From the NCBI RefSeq assembly GCF_009914755.1, contig NC_060947.1: a stretch of 64,000 bases of DNA; one strand, 5' to 3'. Position numbers and translations under genes: made by a program. The notes under the pieces were generated by a model. The model saw nothing but the letters and a program-made list of their open reading frames with translations, searched no databases and was not told the origin of the DNA. This DNA comes from the human T2T-CHM13v2.0 reference genome, Homo sapiens. How positions within the stretch are numbered: the first letter of the stretch is position 1; each line of letters starts with the position of its first letter. This document shows, one piece after another, positions 1 through 16,656 of this stretch.

Positions 1-2570
<2,570 letters not shown>

Positions 2571-3006
2571 TTTTGTTTAAATTTTAATTTTTGCGGGTAC
2601 ATAGTAGGTGCATATATTTAGGAAGTACATGAGATATTTCAGTACAGGTATGCAATATGTAATAATCACTTCATGGAAAATTGGGTATTCATCTCATCAA
2701 GCATTTATCCTTTGTGTTACAATCAATCCAGTTACAATCTTTCAGTTATTTTTAATTGTATGATTAAATTTTTATGGACTATATTCCCTCTATTGTGCTA
2801 TCAAATACTAGATCTTATTCATTCTCTATTTTTTATACCTATTCCTACTTTTTTCCTATTTTCCTACCACCTTTCCCAGCTTCTAGTAATCATCCTTCTA
2901 CTCTGTATCTCCATGAGTTTAATTATTTCCATTTTTAGATTCCACAAATAAGTGAGAACATGTGAAGCTTATATTTGTGTGACTGACTTATTTTACTTAA
3001 TATAAT

Positions 3007-3725
3007 TGTAACCACCCAATGGGTTCATCTTGCCTGCTGCCTAGAAGGAGCTGATTTATCAAGACAGGGGAATTGCAATGGAGAAAGAGTCATTCATGCA
3101 GAGCCAGCTGTGCGGGAGAATAGAGTTTTATTATTACTCAAATTAGTCTCCCTGAGCATTTGAGGATCAGAGTTTTTAAAGATAAATTGGTGGGTAGTGT
3201 CTTGGGAAGTGGGGAGTACTGATTGGTCTGGTTGGAGATAAAGTCATAGGGGGTTGAAGTACATTTTTATTGCTGTCTTCTGTTCCTGGGTGTGATGGCA
3301 GAACTGGTTGAGCTAGATTACTGGTCTGAGTGGTGTCATTGAGTGAAAGGTCTACAAAATATCTCAGGTACTGATCTTTGGTTTTACAATAGTGATGTTA
3401 TTCCCAGCAGCAATTTGGGGAGGTTCAGACTCTTGGAACCAGAGACTGCATGACCCTTAAAGTGTAATTTTTCATCTTGTAGTTCTTTTTTTAGTCCTGT
3501 AAAGGCAGACTGGTCCCCACTAAAGAAGGGAGTCTTTTTGAGAAAGAGCAATTATCAATTTTGTTTTAGAGTCAAACCATGAACTGAATTCTTTCCCAAA
3601 GTTAGTTCAGCCTATGCCCAGGAATAAACAAGGACAACTTAAAAGTTAGAAGCAAGATGGAGTCAGTTAGGTCTGATTTCTTTCACTGTGATATTTTCCT
3701 CAGTTATTTTGTAAAGGCGGTTTCA
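3007..3725 (-). mobile_element. Solo LTR8 (ERV1)
   Basis: Termini tgtaaccacccaatgggttc...gtaaaggcggtttca. Perfect 4-bp TSD taat (3003-3006 / 3726-3729). Confidence 0.85.
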
Positions 3726-5574
3726 TAATGACCTCCAGTTCCACTCATGTTCTTGTAAATGACAGAATCTAATTCTTTTTTATGGATCAATAGTACTCTA
3801 TTGTGTATATGTATCACATTTTCTTTATTCATTCATCTGCTGATGGACATTTAGGTTGCTTTCAAATCTTAGCTATTGTGAACAGTGCTGCAACAAACAC
3901 GAGAGTGCAGATATCTCATCAATATACAAATTTCCTTTCTTTTGGATATATACCCAGCAGTGAGATTACTAAATCATATGGTAGCTTTATTTTTGGTATT
4001 TTGAGGAACCTCCAGACTGTTCTCCATAGTGGTTATACTCATTTACATTCCCACCAACAATGCATGAGGGTTCCCTTTTCTCCAGATCCTTGTCAGCATT
4101 TAACGGCTTGACTTTTGTATAAAAGCCATTTTAACTGGTGTGAGATGACATCTCATTGTAGTATTGATTTGCATTTCTCTGATGATCAATAATATTGAGC
4201 ACATTCTCACATGCGTGTTTGCCATTTATATGTCTTCTTTTCAGAAATGTCTATTCAGATCCTTTGCCCATTTCAAAATCAGAATATTAGATTTTTCCCT
4301 ATTGAGTTGAGCTCCTTATATATTGTGGTTATTCATCATTTTTTAGATGCATAGCTTGCAAATATTTACTCCCATTCTGTAGGTTGTCTCTTTGCTGATT
4401 GTTTCCTTTGCAGTGCAGAAACTTCTTAACTTGGTGTGATCCCATTTTTCTATTTTTTGCTGCCTGTGCCTTTGGGTATTACTCAAGACATTTTTTCCTA
4501 GACCAATGTCCTACAGAGTTTCTCCATTTATTTTTCTGATAGTAGTTTCATAGTTTGAGGTCTTAGATTTAAGTCTTTAGTTGACTTTTACTTGATTTTG
4601 GTATATGGCAATATATGGTCTAGTTTCATTATTGTGAATATGACTTTCGTGTTTTCTCAGCACGATTTATTGAAGAGACTGTCTTTTCCAAAGTATATGT
4701 CCTTGGAACCTTTGTTGAAAAGGGGTTCACTGTTAGTGTGCAGATTAGTTTCTGGGTCCTCTATTCTGGTTCATTGGTCTATGTGTCTGTTTTATGCAAA
4801 TACCATGCTGTTTTGGTTACTATAGCGCTGCAATATTATTTGAAGTCAGGTAATATGATTGCTTCAGTTTTACTCTTTTTGCTTATAATAGCTTTGGCTA
4901 TTCTGGGTTTTTTTGTGATTTCATATAAAAGATAGGATTGCTATTTCTATTCTGTGAAGAATGTAATTGGTATTTTAATAGAAATTGCATTGAATCTGTA
5001 GATTGCTTTTAGTAGTATGGACATTTCAACAACATTTATTCATCCAATCTATGAATATAAAATATCTTTCCTTGTGTTCTCTTCAGTTTCTTTCATCAAT
5101 GTTTCACGGTTTTCATGAAATTTTGCACTTTTTTGTTAAGTTAATTCCTAGGTGTTTTTATTTGTGTCTATTGTAAATGAGATTACTTTAAAAATTTCTG
5201 ATTGTTCACTGTTGGCATATAGAAATGCTACTGATTTTTAATGTTGATTTTGTATCTTGCAAATTTACTGAATTTGTTTATTAGTTCTAAGAGTTTTTTG
5301 GTGGAACCTTTATGTTTTTTTCCAAATATAAGATCATGTCATCTGCAAACAAGGATGATTTTACTTCTTGCATTTTAGTTTGGATGTCTTTTAATTCTTT
5401 CTGTTGTCTGACTGCTCTAATTAGTATTTATCACTATGTTGAATAACAGTAAAGAAAGTGGGCTTTCTTGTCCTGTTACAGAGCTAAGAGAAAATGCTTT
5501 CAGTTTTTTCACATTCAGTACGATACTTGCTGTTGTTCTGTCATATATGGCTTTTAAGATGTTGAGGTATGTTT

Positions 5575-6928
<1,354 letters not shown>

Positions 6929-8415
6929 CTACTCAGTTTTCTGAGAGTTTTTATCATAAAAAATGTTACATTTTATAAACGCTTTTTTTCAGCATCAGTT
7001 AAAGGATTTTATAGTGTTGTCCTTCCTTTGGCTGAAATAATGCATCACATTGTTTGATTTGCATATGTTGAACTATACTTGCTCACCTGAAAAAAACTCA
7101 CATGGTCATGATGAATAATGTTTTTAATGTAGTGCTAAACTTCGTTTACCAGTATTTTGTTGAAAATTTTTGCATCAATATTTATCCAAGACATTGGCCT
7201 GTTGTTTTCTTTTTTGGATGTGTCTTTGTCTGATTTTAGTATCAGGTTAATACTGGCTTCATAGAATGAATTCACAAGTATTCCCTCCTCCTCTATTTTT
7301 TGGAATGGTTTGAGTAGAATTCATATTAGTTCTTCTTTAAATGTTTGGTAGAATTCAGCAATGAAATTATCAGGTCCTGGCCTTTCCTTTGCTTGGAGGC
7401 TTTTTATTGTGGCTTTAATCTCATTATCTGTTATTGGTCTGTTCCGATTTTGGATTTCCTGGCAGGTTGCATGTGTGTAGAAATTTACGTATTTCTTCTA
7501 GATTTTCCAGTTTATTGGCATATAGTTGCTCATAGTAGCTTCTAATAATCCTTTGAACATCTATTGGATCAGTTGTAATGTCTCCCTTTTAATCTCTAAT
7601 TTTAGTTATTTAGGTCTTTTTTCTTTATTGTTAGTTCATTTGTTCATTTTGGTTATCTGTTCACAAAACAAACTTTTCGTTTCATTGATTTTTTGTATTG
7701 TTTTCTTCATTTCAGTTCCATTTACTTCTACTCTAATCTTCATTGTTTCTTTTCTTCTACTAATTTTGGGTATGATTTATTCTTGCTTTTCTAATTCCTT
7801 AAGACACATTATGAGGTTATTCAATGGAAATTTTTCTTCTTTTTTGATGTAGGAACTTATAGCTATAAATTTCCCTTTTAGTATTTCTTTTACTGTATCC
7901 CGTAAGTTTTGGTATGTTGTGTTTCCATTATTATTTGTTTAAAAAAATTTTTCAATTTCCTTTATATATTCATTGGCCCACTGGTCATTTGGGAGTATAT
8001 TATTTCTATGTGCTTGTATAGTTACCAAAATTCCTTTTGTTATTGATTTCTACTTTTAGTCCATTGGGGTCAGAGGAGATGCTTGATAGTACTTCAATAT
8101 TTTTGAATGTTTTAAGTCTTGTTTTGTGACCTAACACAGGGTTTGTCTTTGAGAATTACTCATGTGCTGGGGAGAAAAATGTATTCTGCAGCTGTTGAAC
8201 AAATAGTTCTGTAAATATTCCATAAATAAATCATTCCATAAATTTTTGTTAATTTTCTGTCTGATTGATCCCTCCAAAACTGAAAGTGGAGTGTTGAAGT
8301 GTTCAGCTATAATCATATTGCGGTCTGCCTCTCTCTTTAGCTCTAATAATATATGCTTTATATGTCTGGGTGCTCCAGTGTTGGGTACATATATATTTAA
8401 AATTGTAATATCCTC

Positions 8416-8768
<353 letters not shown>

Positions 8769-8822
8769 TTATCTCTTCTTACAGCGTTTGTCTTGAAATA
8801 TATTTTGTTTGATATAACTACT

Positions 8823-9242
8823 TAGTATAGTTTGAATGTGTGTCCCTGCCCAAGTCTCATGTTGAAATGTAATCCCCAATGTTAAAGGGGGGGCCTGGTG
8901 GGAGGTGATTGGATCATGAGGGTGGTTTTCTCATGAATGGCTTATAACCATACCGTTGGTACAGTCCTGACAATAGTAAGTTCTCATGAGATCTGGTCTT
9001 TTAAAATAGTGTGTAACATCCCCCCTCTCTCTATTCTCTTGCTTTTGCTATGTGACATGCATACACTCCTTCACCCTCTGCCATGATTGTAAGCTTCATG
9101 AGGTCTCACCAGAAGCCAAGTATAGGTCAGCACCATGCTTCCCAAGAAGACTGTAGAACCATAAGCCAATTAAATTTTTTTTCTTTATAAATAACACAGT
9201 CTCAGGTATTTCTTTATAACAATACAAGAACAACCTAGTACA
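8823..9242 (+). mobile_element. Solo MaLR LTR (MSTB-like)
   Basis: tagtatagtttgaatgtg..gttgaaatgtaatccccaatg..ggcctggtgggaggtgattggatcatg...tagtaca. 5-bp TSD ctact (8818-8822 / 9243-9247). Confidence 0.85.
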
Positions 9243-9598
9243 CTACTCCTGCTTTTTTGTTTGTCTTTTTATTGGCATGAAATATTTTTATCCATTATTT
9301 TATTTTTAGTTAATGTATACATTTTATCAGGGAAGTTTTTTTATTCTGGGCAACAGATCATTGGGTCTTGTATTTTCATCCATTCAACCACTGTATGTCT
9401 TTTGATTGGAGAATTTGGTCCGTTTACATTCAATATTACTGTTGATAACTATGGACTTACTTCTGCCATTTTCTTATTTATTTTCTGGTTGTTTTGCAGC
9501 CTTCTCTTCCTTCTTTCCTTTCTTCATGTCTTCCTCTTAATAAAGGTGATTTTCTCTGGTGGTAGGCTTTAATTTCTGGCTTTTCATTTTTTTACTGT

Positions 9599-9600
9599 TT

Positions 9601-9635
<35 letters not shown>

Positions 9636-9648
9636 TTATTTATTATTT
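9599..9648. repeat. (TTTA)n microsatellite
   Basis: About 10 consecutive TTTA units followed by degenerate units. Confidence 0.9.
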
Positions 9649-12031
9649 GATGTTACCGTGATGCTTGCAAATACTATCTTATAACCCATTATTTTATACT
9701 AGTGACAATTTAACTCTAATTGTAAATATATAAAAGATGAAAAGATGTTAATGAGAAAGAGAATCCTAATAAAAACTATACACTTTAACTTTGTCCCCCC
9801 ACCTTTAAATTTTCTGTATGTGTTATTGTCCTATGCCCTGAAAAATTGTTGCAGTCATTATTTTTGGTTTATTCTTCACTTAGTCTTTCTACATAAGGAA
9901 AGAGTAGTTTACAACCACAATTACAGTGTTATACTATTTTGCGTTTTTCTGTGTGCTTACAATTACTAGTATGTTATGTACTTTCAGATGATTTCTTCAT
10001 GCTCATTAACATCTTTTCAGATTGAAGAACTACCTTTATGATTTCATGTAGGACAAGTCTGGTGATGACGAAGTCCATCAGCTTTTGTTTGTCTAGGAAA
10101 GTCTTTATTTCTCCTTCATACTTAAATAATATTTTCAATAAATACACTGTTCCAGAGTAATTTTTTCAGCATTTTAAATATGTCATGCCACTATGTCCTG
10201 GCCTGTATTGTTTCCATGGAAAAGTCTGTTGCCAGATGTAGTAGAGCTCCATTGTATGGTTTTTGTTTATTTTCTCTTGCTGTTCTTAAAATCCTTTCTT
10301 TATCCATGACCTTTGATAGTTTGATTATTAAATGCATTGAGGTAGTTTTCTTTGGGTTAAATCTGTTTGGTGTTCTACAACCTTCTTATACTTTGATATT
10401 GATATCTTTCTCTAGGTTTGGGAGGTTCTTTGCTATTATCTTTTTGAATAAACTTTCTACTTCTATCTCTTTCTCTACCTCCTCTTAATGCCAATAACTC
10501 ATAGATTCACCCTTTTGAGGCTGTTTCTAGGTTTTGTATGCAGTGTTTTAAATTCTTTTTTTTTGTCTCCTCTGACTATGTATTTTCAAATAGGCTGTCT
10601 TCAAATTCACTAATTCTTTCTTCTGCTTGATCAGTTCTGTTATTAAGATACTCTGATGGATTCTTCAGCATAAAAGTTGCAATTCTAAACTCTAGAATTT
10701 CTGCTTGATTCTTTTTAATAATTTTAATATTTTAAAATTTTATCTAATAAAATTCTGAATTCTTTTTCTGTGTTATTTGAATTTCTTTGAGTTTCCTCAA
10801 AACACCTATTTTGAGTTCTCTTTTTAAAAGATCATATATCTCTATTTATCTAGGATTAGTCCTTGGTACCTTATTTAGTTCATTTGCTGAGATTATGTTT
10901 TCTTGGATGGTGTTGACGCTTGTAGATGTTTTTTGGTGTTTTGGCATTGAAGAGTTAGGTATTTTTTGTAGTCTTCACAGTCTGGGCTTCTATATGCCTG
11001 TCCTTCTTCAGAAGGCTTTCCAGGTATTCAAAGGGACTTGGGTCCCAAGCCCTATAATGCTGTGGTTTATAATGACTCTTAGAGATATTGCCTTGGTAGT
11101 GTTGGATAAGATCTGGAAGACTTCCCTGGATTAACATGTAGAGACTGCTGGTGTTTTCCTTTACTTTTTCTCAAGTAAACTCTTTCTCTCTCTGAACCAC
11201 TTGGGACTTAGGGTGTAGTGATTGAAACACTCCTGCAGCCACCACTAATGGGATGGCAATGAGTCACACTGGAAGCCAGCACAGCACTGGGTCTTGCCCA
11301 AGGCCCTTCCCTTCAGGGCAGTGAGTTTCCCTAGGTCCTGGGCACATTCAGAGATGGTGTCTGGGGGTCAGTGATTGGACTAAAAACTTGATGTTTTATT
11401 CTACTGAAGGTAACCTAGCACTCAAAACGCAATCCAAAGTCCTTCCCACTGGTTCCTCTCCTTTCCACAGGAAGAGGAGCATCTCCTAATGGCCATCACC
11501 ACCACCAGTCCATACAAGTTTCTGCCAAGCCAATGCTTATATTCAGTTAAAGGTCAAAATCTATTCTGTCAGCTTGTGTTCAGTGCCTTACACGATAGGC
11601 TGAAGTACTCTGGGGTCCCACATAAACTTAAAAGACAATCTTGCATCACCGATGCCACCCCTCCCCCAGCACTGGCCATGAGGCACAGAGAGAGAATTTG
11701 TGTTCTTAGCAACCCTATGTTAAAATAAGCTTTAACATAAGACACCAGAGATAAAATTTGATTTTCTCTTTTGAAAAAAATTCATATAATATTAGTGAAA
11801 TAAAAAGAAGAGTTTTGTTAATCTTGTGAGTAAACTGCAGGGGAAATAGGAGAGGGGGAAGAGAGATATTTAGTTGGCCTCATGCTATCTCTAATAGGTC
11901 TTGTTGTTTGCGAAACCTTTCTATCAAATAAGAAAGGTTTTATGTTTTTTGAAATATTTAAATGATTGTCTTAGCTAAGTAAATATTACGTGGTCCTATT
12001 TTGTGATATCAAATATTTTAGACTTTTGGTA

Positions 12032-12122
12032 TTTGAATCTGAGAGGTTGAGGCTGCAGTGAGCAGTGAGCGAATCACTGCACACCAGCCTGGGTGACAGA
12101 ATGAGACCCTGTCTCAGAAAAA
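12032..12122 (+). mobile_element. AluJ-type 3' fragment
   Basis: gaggttgaggctgcagtgagc...ccagcctgggtgacagaatgagaccctgtctc + short A tract. Confidence 0.75.
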
Positions 12123-12612
12123 TGTTTACTTAAATTTTTGGAACTTAAGAAATGCTTGGACAATTTACTTTAAAAACTAATTTGTTACCCTGTAGATACA
12201 ATGTATAATATATTAAATGTACATACACATAAACACAACTAAACATGTATACACACAAATGAACAAAGATCCAATAGCTTTTACCTCAGAACTAACCATG
12301 AGAGAAACACAAAATCACCAGTTTATGAACATGTTCACATGGCTAAACTTTGTTTGCCCTGATAAGTAATCCAATGAAGGCCATTAAACAAAATTTTGGG
12401 TAAAGTACTTTTCATGGTAGTTCAATATTTAAAGCCCAAACCTCCCCAAACTCCAAAGAACACTGGGGTCAAACACACCACAGAAGAACATCACATAGTA
12501 ACCATGCTTGACCTTTCTTAGAACAGCAGCATAAAAGCCTTGATTCATGGAACTCCATCCTGCTTTATAATTCATCCACAAAATGAATCCACTTGTAAGA
12601 AAGCACTATAAT

Positions 12613-12786
12613 TCAAAGACCTCTGGAAAGTCTAATTCTCCCTATACTTAAAAAGCACTGGGGCCAAACAGTGTTACATAATAATATCATTTTCCATTTA
12701 TTCATTGGTTTATAACTATATGCAGACCAATTTTGAAGGATACACTCAAGTGGGCTATATTCTGAGATCAAATTCTGAGTTCCCAT
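12613..12786 (-). pseudogene. Gammaretrovirus-like Gag matrix (N-terminal) remnant
   Basis: MGTQ...SPLECILQNW...KWKMILLCNTVWPQ resembles the class I ERV MA pattern MG..S....SPL.C.L.HW.....K....FCN.AWP.Y. Confidence 0.65.
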
Positions 12787-13362
12787 GACTACATTGACAC
12801 ATACAGAAAAAAAACAATTATCAAAATACAATCTAACTGCAGTAATGACTAGCAAGCCCTGAGTATCCAAATGAAACAGTTAGGGTGCTCCCCTACTGCA
12901 GTTAAGTTGAGTTTGTTTAACATGCAAAGAGAAATTCTTTCAAAATTTCCCAAATTGAGAGGAGCCAATCCCACTGTGCAGTACTCACAAAAGACATTCA
13001 CTTCTCCAGACACACACACACAAAACCAATTACTAACAAGCACCCAAGAGTGTTCAAACTGAAACAATCAGGGTGTTTCCCTCTCTCAGTCAGTCAGGAT
13101 TGTTCAACCTGCAAATGGAAATTCCTTTAAAATTTCACAAATTCAGAGAAGCAGATCCTGCTGTCTGAACCCACAAAAGACAATCACCTATCTGGCTGCA
13201 AATATCAAATTTCAAAGACCTTTTATTCTGGGCAATCAGGAATGCAGCTGGGGTTGGCAATGGCAGGTTCAGAGAGAAAGACTGAAACACACTTCTGACC
13301 AAAAAATGTCAGAGAAGCCCTTTAGGAGGGCTTCTGAGACTCTCTTGGCCTATGGGAGAGGA

Positions 13363-13380
13363 GCTACCAGCAGAGAACCA
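13363..13380 (-). promoter_or_regulatory. Degenerate primer-binding site, tRNA-Glu-like
   Basis: Minus strand reads tggttctctgctggtagc, 5 nt after the LTR terminal ...taaca; compare tRNA-Glu PBS tggttccctgaccgggaa. Confidence 0.45.
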
Positions 13381-13385
13381 AGAGC

Positions 13386-13736
13386 TGTTACTGAAATGCC
13401 AGAGGTTTGGTCTAGGTTCTGTTGCTCACTTCACAGAAAGTCAATCACTAGACAATGACTATTGCCAGGAAAAAAGGCTTGTTTAGGTGCTGCAGCTGAG
13501 GAGCATGAGAGATCAACTTCATATTTATCTTACTGACTCACTAAAAATGCGGGGTTTATATAGTCAGAGAAGGGATGTTGGTACATGTGGAGATAAATTA
13601 TGAAGATGTAAGCAAGCAATGTTGACAAATAAAGGGTCTGGTGTCTCATTGTCTGGATGCAGTTATCTGATGAGTTTCCATTCCTTGCTTGAATGTTGGT
13701 TCCCCGAGGAAGAAACTTAGATAAGACAAATGTAAG
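13386..13736 (-). mobile_element. MER4-group ERV1 LTR (LOR1-like; subfamily uncertain), cut by the MER41 provirus
   Basis: Terminus tgttactgaaatgccagaggtttggtctaggt..gctcac..cacagaaag.caatcact. Minus-strand TATA-like ctatataaacc near 13555. Confidence 0.6.
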
Positions 13737-14290
13737 TGTCAGAGGCATTTGAACAAGATCAACTACATCTTGAATAGGGGCTGGGTAAAATGAGACTGAG
13801 TCCTATTGGGCTGCATTCACAGATGGTTAAGGCATTCTAAGTCACAGGATAAGATACAAGGTTAACACAAGATTCAGGTCATAAAGACCTTGCTGATAAA
13901 AGAGGTTGCAATAAAGAAGCTGGCCAAATCCCACCAAAACCAAGCTGGAGATGAGAGTGACCTCTGGTTGTCCTCACTGCTACACTCTCATCAGTGCCAT
14001 AACAGTTTACAAATGCCATGGCAATGACAGGAATTTACCTTATATGGTATAAAGAGGGGAGGCATTAATAATCCACCCTTTGTTTAGTATATCATCAAGA
14101 AATAACCATAAAAATGGGTGACCAGCAACCCTCGGGGCTGTTCCATCTATGGAGTAGTCATTCTTTTATTAATTTACTTGTGTAATAAACTTGTGTTCAC
14201 TTTACAGTATGGACTTGCCCTGAATTCTTTCCTGTGTGAGATCCAAAAACCCTTTCTTGGGGTCTGGATTGGGACTCTCTTCCAGTAGTA
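13737..14290 (+). mobile_element. MER41A 5' LTR
   Basis: tgtcagaggcatttgaac..catcttgaataggggctgggtaaaatgag...aataaac...ggggtctggattgggactctcttccagtagta. Confidence 0.88.
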
Positions 14291-14296
14291 TCTTTC

Positions 14297-14314
14297 TGGT
14301 GACCATAGAAGGAA
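14297..14314 (+). promoter_or_regulatory. Primer-binding site (tRNA-Arg-like, degenerate)
   Basis: tggtgaccatagaaggaa immediately 3' of the LTR; compare tggcgaccacgaagggac. Confidence 0.55.
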
Positions 14315-15385
14315 CTATAGTGCAAAAACCCCTGACCTAAAGGCTAACTTTGGGTAAGTTGTGAGTGCAGGTAACATCTTTCTGGAAAACCACAAAAAGA
14401 TGATACGAAAGAAACCCCCCAACCTAAAGGAAATAGACTACAGTACTGATTGGTTGACTTTAGGTAAGTGGTAGGGTACCCAGGTAAAGAATGGGTTTTG
14501 GTTGGAGGCCCAACGTGGGGGACTTAGAGTCTCTCCTAAGACATAGTGAGTTTAAAAACCCTCTTAATAAAAGTCAGTGAAGCTTGACTGACTTTGGGTT
14601 AGAGGCCCAACTTAGAAGGATTAGAGTCCCTTCTAAGATTTAAGGGGTTAGAGACCCCTCTCGATAAAGTTCCTTTCTCGATAAAGTTGCTATTCTCTTT
14701 GGATTAATCTGCCTTGCACTCTTTGCTGACTGCTGTGGGTGACAGGATTACGCATGTACAGAATCATGGGATATGGAAAATTTTTTCCTCCCTAAAAGTG
14801 GAAACTTGAGAGCTGTTGAGACTGCCGCAAAAGATCTCTTCATGACTGACAAGCAGCCGCCTGAACTTTTGAGCCATGGGATAATCTTTCTCTGGCTTCC
14901 CTGAGTGCTTTGCCTTCCCCACCCTGCCTCAGGAAATGCTTTCTTCTTCTCTCTTTCTCTCTCTGTGCAAGCTGGTTGAATGAATGGTAAAAATCACTGT
15001 TTATCCCTTGTAAAATTTTGATTAATAGGAAAAAAGATTCATGAAGCTAATTTTAAGCTGTAGTGAATCTGGTGTTCTTAGAGTGTCTTTCTGTGTTCTA
15101 TAATGGAGAAGAGTACCTAAGAATTGAATGCGAGCCTAGAACAACTGTAAGCCTGCTGTTCAACATAGCCCAGCAAACTTGTCAGTTACAAACTTTGCTG
15201 CAGGTCACTGAAAAAACTGGATGGGGTTCCTTCTTGTCTTCTATGTCCTTGAGAGCTTCACCTTGTAATCATGTGGCCATGCTTTCTCTTTTCACAAAGG
15301 TGGCCTGGGTTCAGGGTCCAATTCTCAGCTGAGGCAATGAGTCCTTTATCTTCTATCAGTGTATTTATATGTGTTGTGTGCGTAA

Positions 15386-16656
15386 TTTTTTTTTTTTTTG
15401 AGACGGAGTTTTGCTCTGTCACTCAGTGTGGGGTGCAATGGTGTGATCTTGGCTCACTGCAACTTCCGCCTCCGGGTTTCAAGTGATTCTCCTGCTTCAG
15501 CCTCCATAGTAGCTGGGATTACAGGTGCTCACCACCATGCTTGGCTAATTTTTGTATTTGTATTTGTATTTAATTATTTATTTATTTAATTTTATTATTA
15601 TACTTTAAGTTTTAGGGTACATGTGCACAATGTGAAGGTTAGTTACATATGTATTCATGTGCCATGCTGGTGTGCTGCACCCATTAACTCGTCATTTAAC
15701 ATTAGGTATATCTCCTAATGCTATCCCTCCCCCCTCCCCCCACCCCACAACAGTCCCCGGTTGTGACGTTACCTTTCCTGTGTCCATGTGTTCTCATTGT
15801 TCAATTCCCACCTATGAGTGAGAACATGCGGTGTTTGGTTTTTTCTCCCTGTGATAGTTTACTGAGAATGATGATTTCCAATTTCATCCATGTCCCTACA
15901 AAGGACATGAACTCATCATTTTTTATGGCTGCATAGTATTCCATGGTGTATATGTGCCACATTTTCTTAATCCAGTCTATCATTGTTGGACATTTAGGTT
16001 GGTTCCAAGTCTTTGCTATTGTGAATAGTGCCACAATAAACATACGTGGGCATGTGTCTTTATAGCAGCACGATTTATAGTCCTTTGGGTATATACCCAG
16101 TAATGGGATGGCTGGGTCAAATGGTATTTCTAGTTCTAGATCTCTGAGGAATCGCCACACTGACTTCCACAATGGTTGAACTAGTTTACAGTCCCACCAA
16201 CAGTGTAAAAGTGTTCCTATTTCTCCACATCATCTCCAGCACCTGTTGTTTCCTGACTTTTTAATGATTGCCATTCTAACTGGTGTGAGATGGTATCTCA
16301 TTGTGGTTTTGATTTGCATTTCTCTGTTGGCCAGTGATGGTGAGCATTTTTTCATGTGTTTTTTGGCTGCATAAATGTCTTCTTTTGAGAAGTGTCTGTT
16401 CATGTCCTTCACCCACTTTTTGATGGGGTTATTTGTTTTTTTCTTGTAAATTTGTTTGTGTTCATTGTAGATTCTGGATATTAGCCCTTTGTCAGATGAG
16501 TAGGTTGTGAAAATTTTCTCCCATTTTGTAGTATTTTTAGTAGAGATGTGGTTTCACTATGTTGACCAGGCTGGTCTCAAGCTACTGACCTCGTGATCTG
16601 CCTGCCTTGGCTTCCCAAAGTGCTGGGATTACAGGTGAGAGCCACCATGCTCGACC
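15386..16656 (-). mobile_element. AluS (Sg/Sc-like) split in its A-rich linker by an L1
   Basis: Right arm 15386-~15559, left arm 16531-16656 (gtatttttagtagag...gacctcgtgatctgcc...). Confidence 0.88.
15560..16530 (-). mobile_element. 5'-truncated L1PA3-like element (~1 kb)
   Basis: ORF2 C-terminus (ORFs 15801-16172, 16230-16412) and 3'UTR. Short TSD gtattt within the Alu linker. Confidence 0.92.

Larger units (their letters stand above)
11711..13385 (-). mobile_element. MER4-group ERV1 internal region (leader + gag 5' remnant), probably the same provirus as 2144-2570
   Basis: Lies directly downstream (on minus) of the LTR at 13386. PBS-like tggttctctgctgg follows the LTR end. Gag matrix-like peptide present. 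Confidence 0.7.
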
